A stretch of DNA of 52,236 bases from Lentisphaeria bacterium (lineage in GTDB: Bacteria; Verrucomicrobiota; Lentisphaeria; JABSQK01; CAJWLW01): assembly GCA_963580095.1 (NCBI GenBank), contig CAUZJQ010000001.1, forward strand, positions 1 to 52,236, written 5' to 3'. Shown here one piece after another: positions 8,718 through 19,010 of this stretch (positions are counted from its first letter, which is position 1; the number at the start of each line of letters is the position of its first letter). The notes beneath the pieces were generated by a model. It was not told the origin of the DNA. It searched no databases and saw only the letters and a list, made by a program, of their open reading frames with translations. The translations under genes were made by a program, and so were the position numbers.

Positions 8718-8777
8718 GGTCGAAAAAAGGTCGCAAAAAACGGGGAGCTCGAACTGCAACAAGACACGACATATATT
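8718..8777 (+). promoter_or_regulatory. Phased A-tracts (GGTCGAAAAAA then GGTCGCAAAAAA) followed by a TATATT -10-like hexamer; UP-element-like promoter candidate for the 8815 gene
   Basis: Two adjacent 11-12-nt units, each ending in A6, lie at 8718-8740, and a TATATT lies about 30 nt downstream. This is pattern only, with no experimental support. Confidence 0.25.
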
Positions 8778-8814
8778 ACGGGTATTCGAACCACAACCAC
8801 CAAAGGCCCGGCCA

Positions 8815-10083
8815 ATGAGCCGGGACGGATCAACCATGAACCAACGCACAATTGGCCGTGAACTTGGCCGGCAAGCGGCCAGCGAACTGAAAGCCCCGGA
8901 ACTGCGCCGACAAATCGAGGAACAATTCGAATGGGCACAGGTTCTCTTCCCGACGTTCGAAGGCGATTTGGCCGTCGTCCTCCGCGACTTCGATCGCGAA
9001 CGCCTCGCCTCCGAGCCTGACTACGCGAAATTTCCAGAGATGAGCGGTCTGCTCGACCGCCACATCGGCGAACGCGAGGGGTTCATGGAGAACTCTGGAT
9101 TCGACGAAATCTGCGCCGCCTTCCACTACTCCTGGAACATCCTGCTGTTCAAGAGACTTAATGCGCAGCACCCGTCGGACTGGCAGGAGGCTGTAAAGCT
9201 GCAGCAGTGCACCAACGTCTTTTTTCCGAATGGCAGGGACGGGGTCACGACCGGTGACAACCGCGACCTGGGCAAGGGCGAGGGACGCGCCAGCAGGAAC
9301 TGGCAGCCGACTGACGTCCCGTGGTGCAAGGCCGATCAGTTCTGTCAAGGCGGTGCGTCCAGCGCCATCTGCATGGACGAGGAACCCTCTTCCTACTTCC
9401 CGTGCACCCCGGAAGAACTGTGCCCGCCGGAAGCCTGGGACGACCTCAACGTACGTATCGAGTTCATGATCCGCTACAGAGATTTCTGGGGGCCGAGCAA
9501 TCAGATCTGGATCGACAGGCACCTCAATGCCGTGGCTGTCGAAAAAACCAACTGCCGCGTCGGGTTCCACTATCCGCAGGTGAACGGCGCAGTTTGCATA
9601 ACGGCGTGCAGCTATCTCGATCCGGACCTGCACGCCTTCAAGGAAGAGTGCCTTAGTAAAATGGCGAAATTGCGTGGCCAAACCGAAGAGACCAGTCCTG
9701 ACTTGATCTACAACACCGGGTCCCGTCGCCGCTACAAACGGCTCTGGGACCTGACCAATGCCGCTGCCGCGATCCCCGGAGGGCCGACGATCTGGGACTC
9801 ACTCGACATCGTCGCCGACGAAGCGGTGCCCTACCCTGATCGCATCTGCCTGGCAGGCCAGGACACGGCCACGTGGTCATTTCTGCAACACGCCGGCGTC
9901 ACTTCCGGCGATAAGCGACGCTGGATCTACCGGACAATAAAAGACGCCGAAAACCCGACATCGGTCACCGGGGTCACACCTAAACTGCTGCTCGGCGAAG
10001 GTGTCGAGATGCAACCGGACTGGCAGGCGGATATCGACGCGGGCCGCTGCGAACTTGTATCAGCGTCCGGCGTGGCGTCGTAG
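8815..10083 (+). CDS. Hypothetical protein, possible Ntn-hydrolase of the peptidase C45 / acyltransferase type
   Basis: The internal QQCTNVFFPNGRDGVTTGDNRDL fits the C-T...G..N.D pattern seen at the autoprocessing nucleophile of C45/choloylglycine-type Ntn hydrolases. It follows a helical segment, PEMSGLLDRHIGEREGFMENSGFDEICAAF. An alternative start lies at 8836 (MNQRT, GGACGGA upstream). Confidence 0.45.
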   Translation: MSRDGSTMNQRTIGRELGRQAASELKAPELRRQIEEQFEWAQVLFPTFEGDLAVVLRDFDRERLASEPDYAKFPEMSGLLDRHIGEREGFMENSGFDEICAAFHYSWNILLFKRLNAQHPSDWQEAVKLQQCTNVFFPNGRDGVTTGDNRDLGKGEGRASRNWQPTDVPWCKADQFCQGGASSAICMDEEPSSYFPCTPEELCPPEAWDDLNVRIEFMIRYRDFWGPSNQIWIDRHLNAVAVEKTNCRVGFHYPQVNGAVCITACSYLDPDLHAFKEECLSKMAKLRGQTEETSPDLIYNTGSRRRYKRLWDLTNAAAAIPGGPTIWDSLDIVADEAVPYPDRICLAGQDTATWSFLQHAGVTSGDKRRWIYRTIKDAENPTSVTGVTPKLLLGEGVEMQPDWQADIDAGRCELVSASGVAS

Positions 10084-10142
10084 AACTCACACCGTAACGC
10101 ACCCGAGTGGGATAAACGCAACTATTTGCGCAATAATGTTTC

Positions 10143-10165
10143 GCGGCGTGATTTGCCGCTTTTTT
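10143..10165 (+). terminator. Candidate Rho-independent terminator after the 8815-10083 gene
   Basis: A GCGGC stem, a 7-nt loop (GTGATTT), a GCCGC stem and then TTTTTT, 60 nt after the TAG stop. The stem is only 5 bp. Confidence 0.4.
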
Positions 10166-10188
10166 GCTCTCGCATCGTTCGATTACTG

Positions 10189-11022
10189 CTAACGAGATTG
10201 TTCCTGCAACTCATATAACGATGCAGTCGTTTGCCGTTGCTTTGGGATCGGGAATTGGCTGTATGTGATCCTCGCCACCTGCCTCCGAACGCCGCGAACA
10301 AGCTTTTCGTACTGGACATTCACCGCTGTATCAGCACCGCAGAACAATGGGTAGGCGTCCGAGGCACGATAGCTGATTATCAATGTACGTCGTGCTTTTT
10401 TCGAGGTGTTGGTGATGGAGGCGTGCGGTGTCATGCCGTGCATAAAAATAACCGACCCGGCTTCGCCCTCGAGTGTAACGGCGCGCGATTCATCTACCGG
10501 TTCCGTTATTTTCCCCTGAAAGAATCCCTCTGCCCCATGATTCATCAAGGGCTGTTCATGGCATCGGGGAATGACCTGCAGGCACCCATTCTCAATCGTC
10601 GTATCGTCGAAGTATATCAGCACCGCCACCGAATCACCGTTAGTCAGCGGGTAGTAACTCATGTCCTGATGCCACTCCACCACCGAGCCAATTTCGGCCG
10701 GCTTCATATTGATTTTGCTGTAGTGCCTGAGGATATCCGGCCCGACCAATCCCTCAACACAGTCAAGCAACTGCGCCGATTCAGATAATTTCTCAAAGAC
10801 CGGATAAAAGCTGCACGGCTCATAGACCCGCCGGACAGCAGTTCCATCCAGTGGCTGGTTGGGCTCCATTTCCAGTTTCTCGGAATGATCAGCCAGCGTA
10901 TTGCCGGCACAAATACCCTCAAGCTCAGCGACCAGTCCGGCGACCTCTGCCGCATCCAACAGGCTTGGTGCCAGGGCATACCCTTCCCTGGTGTATTGGT
11001 CAACCTGTTCCGGTGTCAACAT
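10189..11022 (-). CDS. Phytanoyl-CoA dioxygenase (PhyH) family Fe(II)/2-oxoglutarate oxygenase
   Basis: VVEWHQDMSYYP (H-x-D), a distal His in MTPHAS, and RRTLIISY. GGAGAA SD. Confidence 0.85.
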   Translation of the reverse strand: MLTPEQVDQYTREGYALAPSLLDAAEVAGLVAELEGICAGNTLADHSEKLEMEPNQPLDGTAVRRVYEPCSFYPVFEKLSESAQLLDCVEGLVGPDILRHYSKINMKPAEIGSVVEWHQDMSYYPLTNGDSVAVLIYFDDTTIENGCLQVIPRCHEQPLMNHGAEGFFQGKITEPVDESRAVTLEGEAGSVIFMHGMTPHASITNTSKKARRTLIISYRASDAYPLFCGADTAVNVQYEKLVRGVRRQVARITYSQFPIPKQRQTTASLYELQEQSR

Positions 11023-11256
11023 GCCTATTTCTCCACACCCTCATGAATCCGTCTTCCACCAATTACGAAGCCTGATTCGCGCATCGTTTCCAGGCGATCT
11101 TCCCAAGAAAACTACGCGATGGGCCTCCAGACGCAAGGCGCATCGGAAATCCCTCTCGTAAAATTAGGTCATGCATATATAATCACCTGTTATCCACACA
11201 CTCGACCATCGTAAAACGTTCAAGCCCCATAGCACAAAAAGGAAGCCGCACAACTT

Positions 11257-13317
11257 ATGTCCACCAACAGATTCACCATAACATGTTCACTTCTGTTGTT
11301 TGTCGTAATGACTGGATACTCAGCCACTGGTATCGACTTCAACGGATGGCACCCGACCAACTTCGCCCACGGCGGCCAAATTACTGGCACGGACCTGAAA
11401 GGCCCTGCCGGTGAAACAGTATTCTATCTCACTGGCAATTGGAAAACCGAGGGAACAGCCAACAGGCCGAATGATATCCTCACTGTGCCCACCGTCCCGA
11501 ACGGCACCTACAACATCGACATTTACGCGCAAGACGACAAAGATGTCGTGTTCACCACCAATGCCAAGGGCGAGATCGCCACACTCACCGGCAACGGTGC
11601 CGGTACAACATTCCGCAAGCAGGGACCAATGCTGCTCCAAATCCAGACTGTCGAGATCATTTGGAACAGCGATGCCCAGACACAGAAGAGACTCGCCCTG
11701 GAAAACAACCCAAAATGCTGGACCAAGGCCGGGAAAATGACAGTACCGATCGGCAACTGGAACCTTCACTGGTGGGGCATGCGTGATTACGGCAATGCAC
11801 CAAGTGAGAACATTGACGTGCCGTTTACTGTATTTCCCGGTCGTGTTGAACCCGCGGAACTTCTCGTCCGCGGAGGGACGCCGGATCCCGCCATTCTCCA
11901 CATTAACATTGCCGCGAGCGAAGCCGCCGCAAGCATGCGCGAGGCAGTCATCAGCGCCCAACCTGTGAGTTTCGAAAATGTCACCTCCCCAACCGGCTTG
12001 ACCGGGGTCGACAAGGCGCAGGCTGCCTGGATCGATTACGACGGGGATGGTTGGACCGACCTGCAGACACAGACTGCACTGTGGCACAATGAAACAGGCA
12101 AAAAATTTGTCAAATCCGGTCCCAGCGGGCTTTACAATGCCTGGGGTGATTTCAATAACGACGGCCACCTCGAATATTTCAATCCCGGGTCAACCGTCGC
12201 CTGCTTCGCAACAGACGACGGAACCTTTCTGCAGCAGCATCTGCCACAACGCCCCATGGACGTGTCGGATGGCGGCACGGTCCTGGACATCGACGGCGAT
12301 GGGTTGCTTGATCTCTATACGGGCGGCTACGAAAACAACTGGGTTTACCAGCCGGACTGCATCTACAAGAACCTGGGCAACCAGAAGTTCGAGATATCCT
12401 GGAAAAGCGAGGGGCGCGCCCAACCTGCCAGGGGCATCACAGCTTGTGACTTCGACAACGATGGTGATACGGACATTTACGTCACGCATTACCGGCTAGA
12501 AGCCAATGTCCTATGGCTCAACGATGGCAAAGGTGGACTCACCAATGGGGCCGGAAGCCACGGTGCAGCCGGTGGCAACGGGCACGGCATCGGTTCGGCC
12601 TGGGGCGACATTGATAATGACGGATTGATCGACCTGTTTGCAGGCAATTTTGCCCACGGCGGCCAGCCTCAGTCACAATTCCTAAGAAATCTCGGTCCGG
12701 GCCAGGGCCACCATTTCGAAAACAAGGGCACGTGTGGCCTGCACTACCAGGAATCGTATGGCTCACCAGCGCTCGGCGACTGCGACAATGATGGTGACCT
12801 CGACCTTTTTTTTACGACAGTCTATGGAGGCGACCAGGCCGTACTGTACCGCAACGATGGCAACTGGCAGTTCCGCAACATCACGACAGAGGCAGGACTA
12901 CAGAATATCCGCAACACTTTTCAGGCCGCCTGGGGTGATTTTGACAACGACGGCGATCTCGACCTGATGGCCGGTGGCCGACTCTGGCGCAACAACTGCA
13001 CCGAGGGAAACTGGCTGAAAGTAAGACTGCAAGGATCCAACACCCAACCGACAGGCTCAGGCCAGACAGTCAACTACGCTGCCATTGGCGCCCAAGTCCG
13101 CATTCGGTTACCGAACCGGGTCCTGACACGCCAGGTAGAAGGCGGTACAGGTCGCGGGAATATGAACGAAATGACCCTGCATTTCGGTCTCGGCGCCCAT
13201 GACGGCGACGTCGAACTCGAGATTTCCTGGCCCTACGCAAAAGAAATACAGACGGCAAGTGCACAAGCCAACACCACTGTGACTGTCGTGTACAATGACG
13301 GCCACAGGCAACCATAA
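11257..13317 (+). CDS. Secreted FG-GAP/VCBS-repeat protein with a C-terminal ASPIC/UnbV domain (CRTAC1-like) and an unassigned N-terminal region of about 240 aa
   Basis: Signal peptide MSTNRFTITCSLLLFVVMTGYSATG. Repeated Ca-binding-type DxDGDGxxDL units are present (DYDGDGWTDL, DIDGDGLLDL, DFDNDGDTDI, DIDNDGLIDL, DCDNDGDLDL, DFDNDGDLDL). The tail GNWLKVRLQG...GAQVRI...RQVEGGTGRG is typical of ASPIC/UnbV. Confidence 0.8.
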   Translation: MSTNRFTITCSLLLFVVMTGYSATGIDFNGWHPTNFAHGGQITGTDLKGPAGETVFYLTGNWKTEGTANRPNDILTVPTVPNGTYNIDIYAQDDKDVVFTTNAKGEIATLTGNGAGTTFRKQGPMLLQIQTVEIIWNSDAQTQKRLALENNPKCWTKAGKMTVPIGNWNLHWWGMRDYGNAPSENIDVPFTVFPGRVEPAELLVRGGTPDPAILHINIAASEAAASMREAVISAQPVSFENVTSPTGLTGVDKAQAAWIDYDGDGWTDLQTQTALWHNETGKKFVKSGPSGLYNAWGDFNNDGHLEYFNPGSTVACFATDDGTFLQQHLPQRPMDVSDGGTVLDIDGDGLLDLYTGGYENNWVYQPDCIYKNLGNQKFEISWKSEGRAQPARGITACDFDNDGDTDIYVTHYRLEANVLWLNDGKGGLTNGAGSHGAAGGNGHGIGSAWGDIDNDGLIDLFAGNFAHGGQPQSQFLRNLGPGQGHHFENKGTCGLHYQESYGSPALGDCDNDGDLDLFFTTVYGGDQAVLYRNDGNWQFRNITTEAGLQNIRNTFQAAWGDFDNDGDLDLMAGGRLWRNNCTEGNWLKVRLQGSNTQPTGSGQTVNYAAIGAQVRIRLPNRVLTRQVEGGTGRGNMNEMTLHFGLGAHDGDVELEISWPYAKEIQTASAQANTTVTVVYNDGHRQP

Positions 13318-13494
13318 AAATGGCCCCATTGCCGGTTTCCCGGACACTCCAGAGAGCCATCGCGCAGGCGCGGTCAACGACGACCGCAACCCGCAGCATT
13401 TTCCCCACGCATTCCATCTTGCTTATTTGCCGGTATATTCGGGCTATTCGAGGACAGTGTCAAAGTTTCAAAAGGACACCCGGCGATCTGTGAC

Positions 13495-16152
13495 ATGAAC
13501 GATACAAACGACATTAACGCGATCGAATCTGCGGAGTGGCGGGACTCGCTGGACTATGTACTGGCACAGTCCGGTTCCGAACGCGTCCGCGAACTGCTGG
13601 ACCAACTACAGGAACATGCGCGTCAGCACGGCGTCAGTATTCCATTCGCCTCGAACACGCCGTACATCAATACCATACCTGCGGCCGAGCAACCACCCTA
13701 CCCCGGCAGCCACGACATTGAGCAGCGCATAACGAACATGATTCGCTGGAACGCGATCATCATGGTCGTCCGCGCCAACCTCCTGGACGACACGATCGGC
13801 GGCCATATTGCCACGTACGCTTCGGCAGCGACGCTGTACGAGGTTGTCTTCCACCATTTCATCCGCGGGCACAGCGACACCTTCGAGGGCGACCACATCC
13901 TATTCCAGCCACACACGTCGCCGGGCATCTATGCCCGGGCGTTTCTCGAGGGGCGGCTGACGGAGCAGGACCTGATTAATTTCCGGCGCGAACTGCAGCC
14001 AGGTGGCGGTCTGCCCTCCTATCCACATCCTCGGCTGATGCCTGAATTCTGGCAGTTCCCCACCGCTTCCATGGGTTTGAGTCCGATCATGGCAATCTAT
14101 CAAGCCCGCTTCAATCGCTACCTCGAGGACCGTGGCCTCAAGGAACCAACGGACGCAAAGGTATATGCTTACATCGGTGACGGCGAGATGGACGAACCCG
14201 AATCACTCGGTGCCATTTCTCTCGCAGCCCGCGAACAACTCGACAATCTGATTTTCGTGATCAACTGCAATTTGCAGCGGCTCGATGGCCCTGTGCGCGG
14301 CAACGGCAAGATCATCCAGGAGTTGGAAACCGTCTTCCGCGGCGCCGGCTGGAACGTCATCAAGGTCATCTGGGGCAGCGACTGGGATCCCTTGCTGGCA
14401 CAGGACCGAGACGGCCTGCTGGTACAGCGCATGGGTGAAATAGTCGACGGACAGTATCAGAAATACAGCGTTTCCAGCGGCCAGTATCAGCGCGAGCATT
14501 TCTTCGGCGTCGACCCGCGATTGGTGGAAATGTCGCGCCAGCTCACCGACGAACAGATCCGCTCAATTCGCCGCGGTGGTCACGATGCCGACAAAGTCTA
14601 TGCTGCTTACAAGAAGGCTACTGAATACAGTGGTGCACCGTCCGTCATTCTTGCCAAAACGATCAAGGGCTACGGCATGGGCGAGGTCGGGGAAGGCCGC
14701 ATGACGGCGCATCAGCGGAAGAAGCTGGACGCCGATATCCTGCGCCAGATCCGTACACGATTAGGTATCCCGCTGTCCGACACACAGGTTGAAGAGTTGT
14801 CATTTTACGCCCCCCCGAAAGACAGCCCGGAAATCAGCTACCTGCTCAAACGCCGGTCGGCGCTCGGCGGATTCGTACCCAGTCGACCCACGGCTGCGGT
14901 GACTACGGCCGGACCGGATACCAAGCTGTTCGAAGAATTCCTGCACGGTACCGACGGCCGCGCCGTCTCGACAACCAGCATGTTTGTGCGGATCCTGGCA
15001 AAACTGCTGACCGACCCCGAGATGGGGCGCTACATCGTACCGATTGTGCCAGACGAGGCGCGGACCTTCGGCATGGAAGCGCTGTTCCGAAAGTACGGAA
15101 TCTATTCGCATATCGGTCAGTTGTACGATCCGGTCGACAGCGAAAGCCTGATGTACTACCGGGAAGCTCGTGACGGACAGCTCATCGAAGAAGGCATATC
15201 CGAAGCGGGTGGATTGTCGTCCTTCATCGCTGCCGGAACCGCATATGCCACGCACGGCATCCCGACGTTGCCGGTATTTGTGTTTTATTCGATGTTCGGC
15301 TTCCAGCGCATCGGCGACCTGATCTACGCTGCGGGTGACCAGCGGGCGCGCGGCTTCCTGATCGGCGCCACGTCGGGTCGCACGACACTCAACGGCGAAG
15401 GTCTCCAGCATCAGGACGGCCAGAGTCATCTCTTCGCGTACGGTTATCCGCACGTTGTCGCCTACGATCCGGCGTTCGCCTTTGAGCTTGCGATCATCAT
15501 GCGCGAAGGTGTACGCCGCATGTACACCGAGAACGAAGACATCATCTACTACCTAACGGTGCAGAACGAAGCCTATGCCATGCCGGATATGGTGGTCGAC
15601 ATCGAGGCCAGTGTGCTCAAGGGCATGTATCTGTTCCGGCAGTCAACGACAACTTTCGCCAACAAAGCCAATCTTTTTGCCAGCGGCAGCATCATCAACG
15701 AAGCGCTGAAGGCACAGCAGATCCTCGAGGAAGAGTTCGAGGTCGCCGCGGCCGTCTGGAGCATCACCAGTTTCCAGCAGCTACACGAGGACGGCGTCGC
15801 CGCGGAGCGTTGGAACTTGCTGCACCCAGAGCAACCGCGAACTGCATGGATCAGCGAATGCCTGGCAAATTGCGAGGGCACCTATGTCGTCGCCTCGGAT
15901 TACCTGAAAGCGCTGCCGGATTCTATTGCCCGATGGTTTCCGCAGCCGCCTGTATCGCTGGGGACCGATGGTTTCGGTCGCAGCGAAAGTCGCGAAGCGC
16001 TGCGCCGCTACTTCGAGATCGATGCCGCCATGATTGCGTATGCAACGCTTGTCGAACTCTTTCGTCAGGGCAAAATAGATAAAAAAGCAATTGAACAGGC
16101 GCGCACGCAACTGGGCATCGATCCGGACAAGGTCAATCCGCTCGACCTGTAA
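13495..16152 (+). CDS. aceE: Pyruvate dehydrogenase E1 component, homodimeric type
   Basis: 885 aa. YIGDGEMDEPESLGAISLAAREQLDNLIFVINCNLQRLDGPVRGN is nearly identical in pattern to the TPP-binding region of E. coli AceE as I recall it. The N-terminal PYINTIP motif is present. Confidence 0.9.
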   Translation: MNDTNDINAIESAEWRDSLDYVLAQSGSERVRELLDQLQEHARQHGVSIPFASNTPYINTIPAAEQPPYPGSHDIEQRITNMIRWNAIIMVVRANLLDDTIGGHIATYASAATLYEVVFHHFIRGHSDTFEGDHILFQPHTSPGIYARAFLEGRLTEQDLINFRRELQPGGGLPSYPHPRLMPEFWQFPTASMGLSPIMAIYQARFNRYLEDRGLKEPTDAKVYAYIGDGEMDEPESLGAISLAAREQLDNLIFVINCNLQRLDGPVRGNGKIIQELETVFRGAGWNVIKVIWGSDWDPLLAQDRDGLLVQRMGEIVDGQYQKYSVSSGQYQREHFFGVDPRLVEMSRQLTDEQIRSIRRGGHDADKVYAAYKKATEYSGAPSVILAKTIKGYGMGEVGEGRMTAHQRKKLDADILRQIRTRLGIPLSDTQVEELSFYAPPKDSPEISYLLKRRSALGGFVPSRPTAAVTTAGPDTKLFEEFLHGTDGRAVSTTSMFVRILAKLLTDPEMGRYIVPIVPDEARTFGMEALFRKYGIYSHIGQLYDPVDSESLMYYREARDGQLIEEGISEAGGLSSFIAAGTAYATHGIPTLPVFVFYSMFGFQRIGDLIYAAGDQRARGFLIGATSGRTTLNGEGLQHQDGQSHLFAYGYPHVVAYDPAFAFELAIIMREGVRRMYTENEDIIYYLTVQNEAYAMPDMVVDIEASVLKGMYLFRQSTTTFANKANLFASGSIINEALKAQQILEEEFEVAAAVWSITSFQQLHEDGVAAERWNLLHPEQPRTAWISECLANCEGTYVVASDYLKALPDSIARWFPQPPVSLGTDGFGRSESREALRRYFEIDAAMIAYATLVELFRQGKIDKKAIEQARTQLGIDPDKVNPLDL

Positions 16153-16205
16153 GGCTTCTCCCGGCGCCATGGATCGATATCAATGGAAATGCTGGCCCGG
16201 AAAGA

Positions 16206-19010
16206 TCAATGCACCGGTTGCTCTTCCGGCAGGAGTATGAAGGTCGCAACATTCGGTGTGCCAAAGCAACGACGAGCACTGTCCCGGATGTCCGACAAAG
16301 ACAAAGCATTCACGTAGTTCTCGAAATCCAGCACCGTCTTGACATCCTCGCCGTGCCAGTCGTAATAGTGCAGGATGTGCAGCCAGAAACTATTGCGTTC
16401 CAGGCTGACTTCGCGCTCCCGCAACTGTGTCTGGGCAACCTTGGTCAGATACGATTCTTCCAGCAGTTCCGACTGCAGGTTTTCGATCTCTCGCCGGACG
16501 GCATCGATCAGCATCTCGACCTGATCCGGCGCACAGCCGAAGCCGATATTGATCTCGAACCGAGGTGCCGGATAGTGCTCGATCGAGGCATACGCACTAA
16601 CGCTGTAGGTACCGCCAATGGCTTCGCGCATCTCTTCACGCAAACGCGTCCGCAGCGCACTGACCATCGAGTAGACCCAATAGCGTTCCTGATAGTTGAA
16701 CGTGATGTCACCGCCAAATTTCATCCGTACCCGGCTCTTGCGATCGACGCCCTTGCGGACCGTGCGGTCGATCTTGCCCGCCGCCGGCCGGACATCAGGG
16801 TCGCGCCAGCTCTCGTCGGACCCGGCGGGTAAACTGGCGACGTACTTTTCGACCAGCGATTCCAGCTCGCCGGTGTCGAAGTTCCCAACGAACAGAAATG
16901 TAAAATCCCCGGCGGACTCAAAACGCTCGCGAAATAGTTGCAATGACCGCTCAGCATCCATTTCCTCCAGCGTCTTCGGCGTCCACGGCTTGCGGCGCAG
17001 GTGGCCCTGGGACATGGTTACTTCGATTTCGTCATTGAAAACCGCTTCGGGCCGTGCCAGGCGATTCTCCAGTTTCGTACGCAGTCGCGCCAGATAGGCC
17101 TGGCAAGCCTCGTCGTCGACCCGCGGTGCGGTAAATATCAGATGCAGCAACTGCATCATGACCTCCAGATCGGCCGGCCGGCAGCCGCCGCGAACGCCTT
17201 CGCTGAGTTCGCCGATGTACGGACTCGCAGAGGCGGTCTTCCCTGCCAAATTCTTTTGCAACTGGGCTTTCGAAAAGTCGCCCCAGCCGGATCGATTCAT
17301 CAGTGAATCGGCACTGGCGGCGGGTATGTAGTCGGCGTCACCCACCAGCGAATGACCGCCGGCACTCCAGGCGTGCAAGAGGATTTCGTCCTGCTTGAAT
17401 GCCGTCGGCTTGAGCATGACCCGGGCGCCGTTGCTGAGGTGCCAGATGGTGAGGTCGACCGCTTCGACCCGTTCGCGACTCATGATCCGGCCCGCATCCG
17501 GCAGTTGACCGATGAGCGGCTGGTCGGCGACATCATCGACATACGGCTCCAGTTCGAGCGCCGCAACGTCGTCGAAGACCTTCAGCACTTCGTCCTTCGA
17601 GGGCGGCGTAACGCCGTCTTTCTCGGGCCCGTCCAGTAGCACTACACAGTTACCCGCAGTCATCAACTCCGCCGCCAGGATATTGACGTGGGCAAGCTCA
17701 ATCGTCGGCAACAACTGCTTGTAAAGCTCCAGCCGGTCTTCAACACTGACGCTGATAACGCCACGGTTGAAATGCCGCACGCAGCGCCGGACAAAAACGC
17801 GGGACTCGGTCGAGTTGCGCTCGGCATAAGCCCGCTCGATGCCGCTCATCATTTCCGCCTTCAGTCGCTCGAGTTCGCCGGCAGTAAAGCCGAAGCGCCG
17901 CACACGAGCCGCCTCGGTCAGGACCGCCGTCATACCACGCAGCCACCCGTTGTCGCTGACTTCCGCGCCGAGCATGAAAAACTCACTGGCACGGACATAG
18001 GCTGACTTACTCGTATAGGCGCTCAGAAACGGCGCATCCGCCTTCTGCCGCTCTTCGTCGTAACGCTGATTGAGCATGCCGGTGAACAGCGACTCGATCA
18101 GTTCCCGACGAAAGTCATCCACCGTACGCGGCAGTGACACCTCGTGCTTGTAATAGATGTTGACCGACGACGAAGTCGCCTCCGCGTCCGTGACAATGCT
18201 GACAAGTCTTTCCTCGTGACCGGGCATATCGAAGTCCGGCCGCGCTATGGGGTGTTTCCGGGCCGGCTCGTCGATGAAATACTTACGAATTTTCGCCACC
18301 AGAGTATCTTCATCCAAATCACCGACGGCGATCACCGCCGTCAGTTCCGGCCGGTACCAGGTATTGTAGAAATCACGCAAGCGACCATGGTCGAATGAAT
18401 CAAGAACCTCCTTCTGCCCTATCGGCCTGCGCACGGCATACTGCGAACCATGGAACAGGACCTCGAAATGCTTGTCCCAAATGCGCTGTCCGGCACCTCG
18501 GCGACCGCGCCATTCCTCGATGACGACACCGCGTTCCGCATCGATCTCCCCGCTGTCGTTGCGAATGCCGAAAGCCCAATCGCGAAGAATCTGGAAACCT
18601 GCATCAATTACCTCGCTATTGTCAGTCGGCAACTGCAGCTTGTAAACCGTTTCGTCGAAGCTGGTGTATGCATTCAGATCCGGACCGAAACGCATGCCGA
18701 TGCCTTCGAGATAATTGACCAGGGCCTGCTTGTCGTAGTGTGTCGTGCCGTTGAAGGCCATGTGCTCGAGAAAATGCGCCAACCCCTGCTGGTCGTCTTC
18801 CTCCAGCACCGAACCTGTTCGCACCACGAGGCGCAGCTCCAGGCGATTGTCCGGCTTGCCATTGTGACGGACGTAATAACTGACGCCGTTACGCAATTTT
18901 CCGGTAGTGAAATCGGGATCGAAACGCAGGTGCTTCTGCTGCCGCTCGCAACCGCCGAAAACCAACAACAGCAGCAGCAGGAACGGAGCATATCCGGACA
19001 AAATATTCAT
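16206..19010 (-). CDS. Peptidase M16 family zinc protease, two-unit form of about 930 aa (PqqL-like), secreted
   Basis: HFLEHMAFNGT (inverted zincin HxxEH) and signal peptide MNILSGYAPFLLLLLLVFGGC. At 934 aa it has two M16 active/inactive repeats. Confidence 0.9.
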   Translation of the reverse strand: MNILSGYAPFLLLLLLVFGGCERQQKHLRFDPDFTTGKLRNGVSYYVRHNGKPDNRLELRLVVRTGSVLEEDDQQGLAHFLEHMAFNGTTHYDKQALVNYLEGIGMRFGPDLNAYTSFDETVYKLQLPTDNSEVIDAGFQILRDWAFGIRNDSGEIDAERGVVIEEWRGRRGAGQRIWDKHFEVLFHGSQYAVRRPIGQKEVLDSFDHGRLRDFYNTWYRPELTAVIAVGDLDEDTLVAKIRKYFIDEPARKHPIARPDFDMPGHEERLVSIVTDAEATSSSVNIYYKHEVSLPRTVDDFRRELIESLFTGMLNQRYDEERQKADAPFLSAYTSKSAYVRASEFFMLGAEVSDNGWLRGMTAVLTEAARVRRFGFTAGELERLKAEMMSGIERAYAERNSTESRVFVRRCVRHFNRGVISVSVEDRLELYKQLLPTIELAHVNILAAELMTAGNCVVLLDGPEKDGVTPPSKDEVLKVFDDVAALELEPYVDDVADQPLIGQLPDAGRIMSRERVEAVDLTIWHLSNGARVMLKPTAFKQDEILLHAWSAGGHSLVGDADYIPAASADSLMNRSGWGDFSKAQLQKNLAGKTASASPYIGELSEGVRGGCRPADLEVMMQLLHLIFTAPRVDDEACQAYLARLRTKLENRLARPEAVFNDEIEVTMSQGHLRRKPWTPKTLEEMDAERSLQLFRERFESAGDFTFLFVGNFDTGELESLVEKYVASLPAGSDESWRDPDVRPAAGKIDRTVRKGVDRKSRVRMKFGGDITFNYQERYWVYSMVSALRTRLREEMREAIGGTYSVSAYASIEHYPAPRFEINIGFGCAPDQVEMLIDAVRREIENLQSELLEESYLTKVAQTQLREREVSLERNSFWLHILHYYDWHGEDVKTVLDFENYVNALSLSDIRDSARRCFGTPNVATFILLPEEQPVH

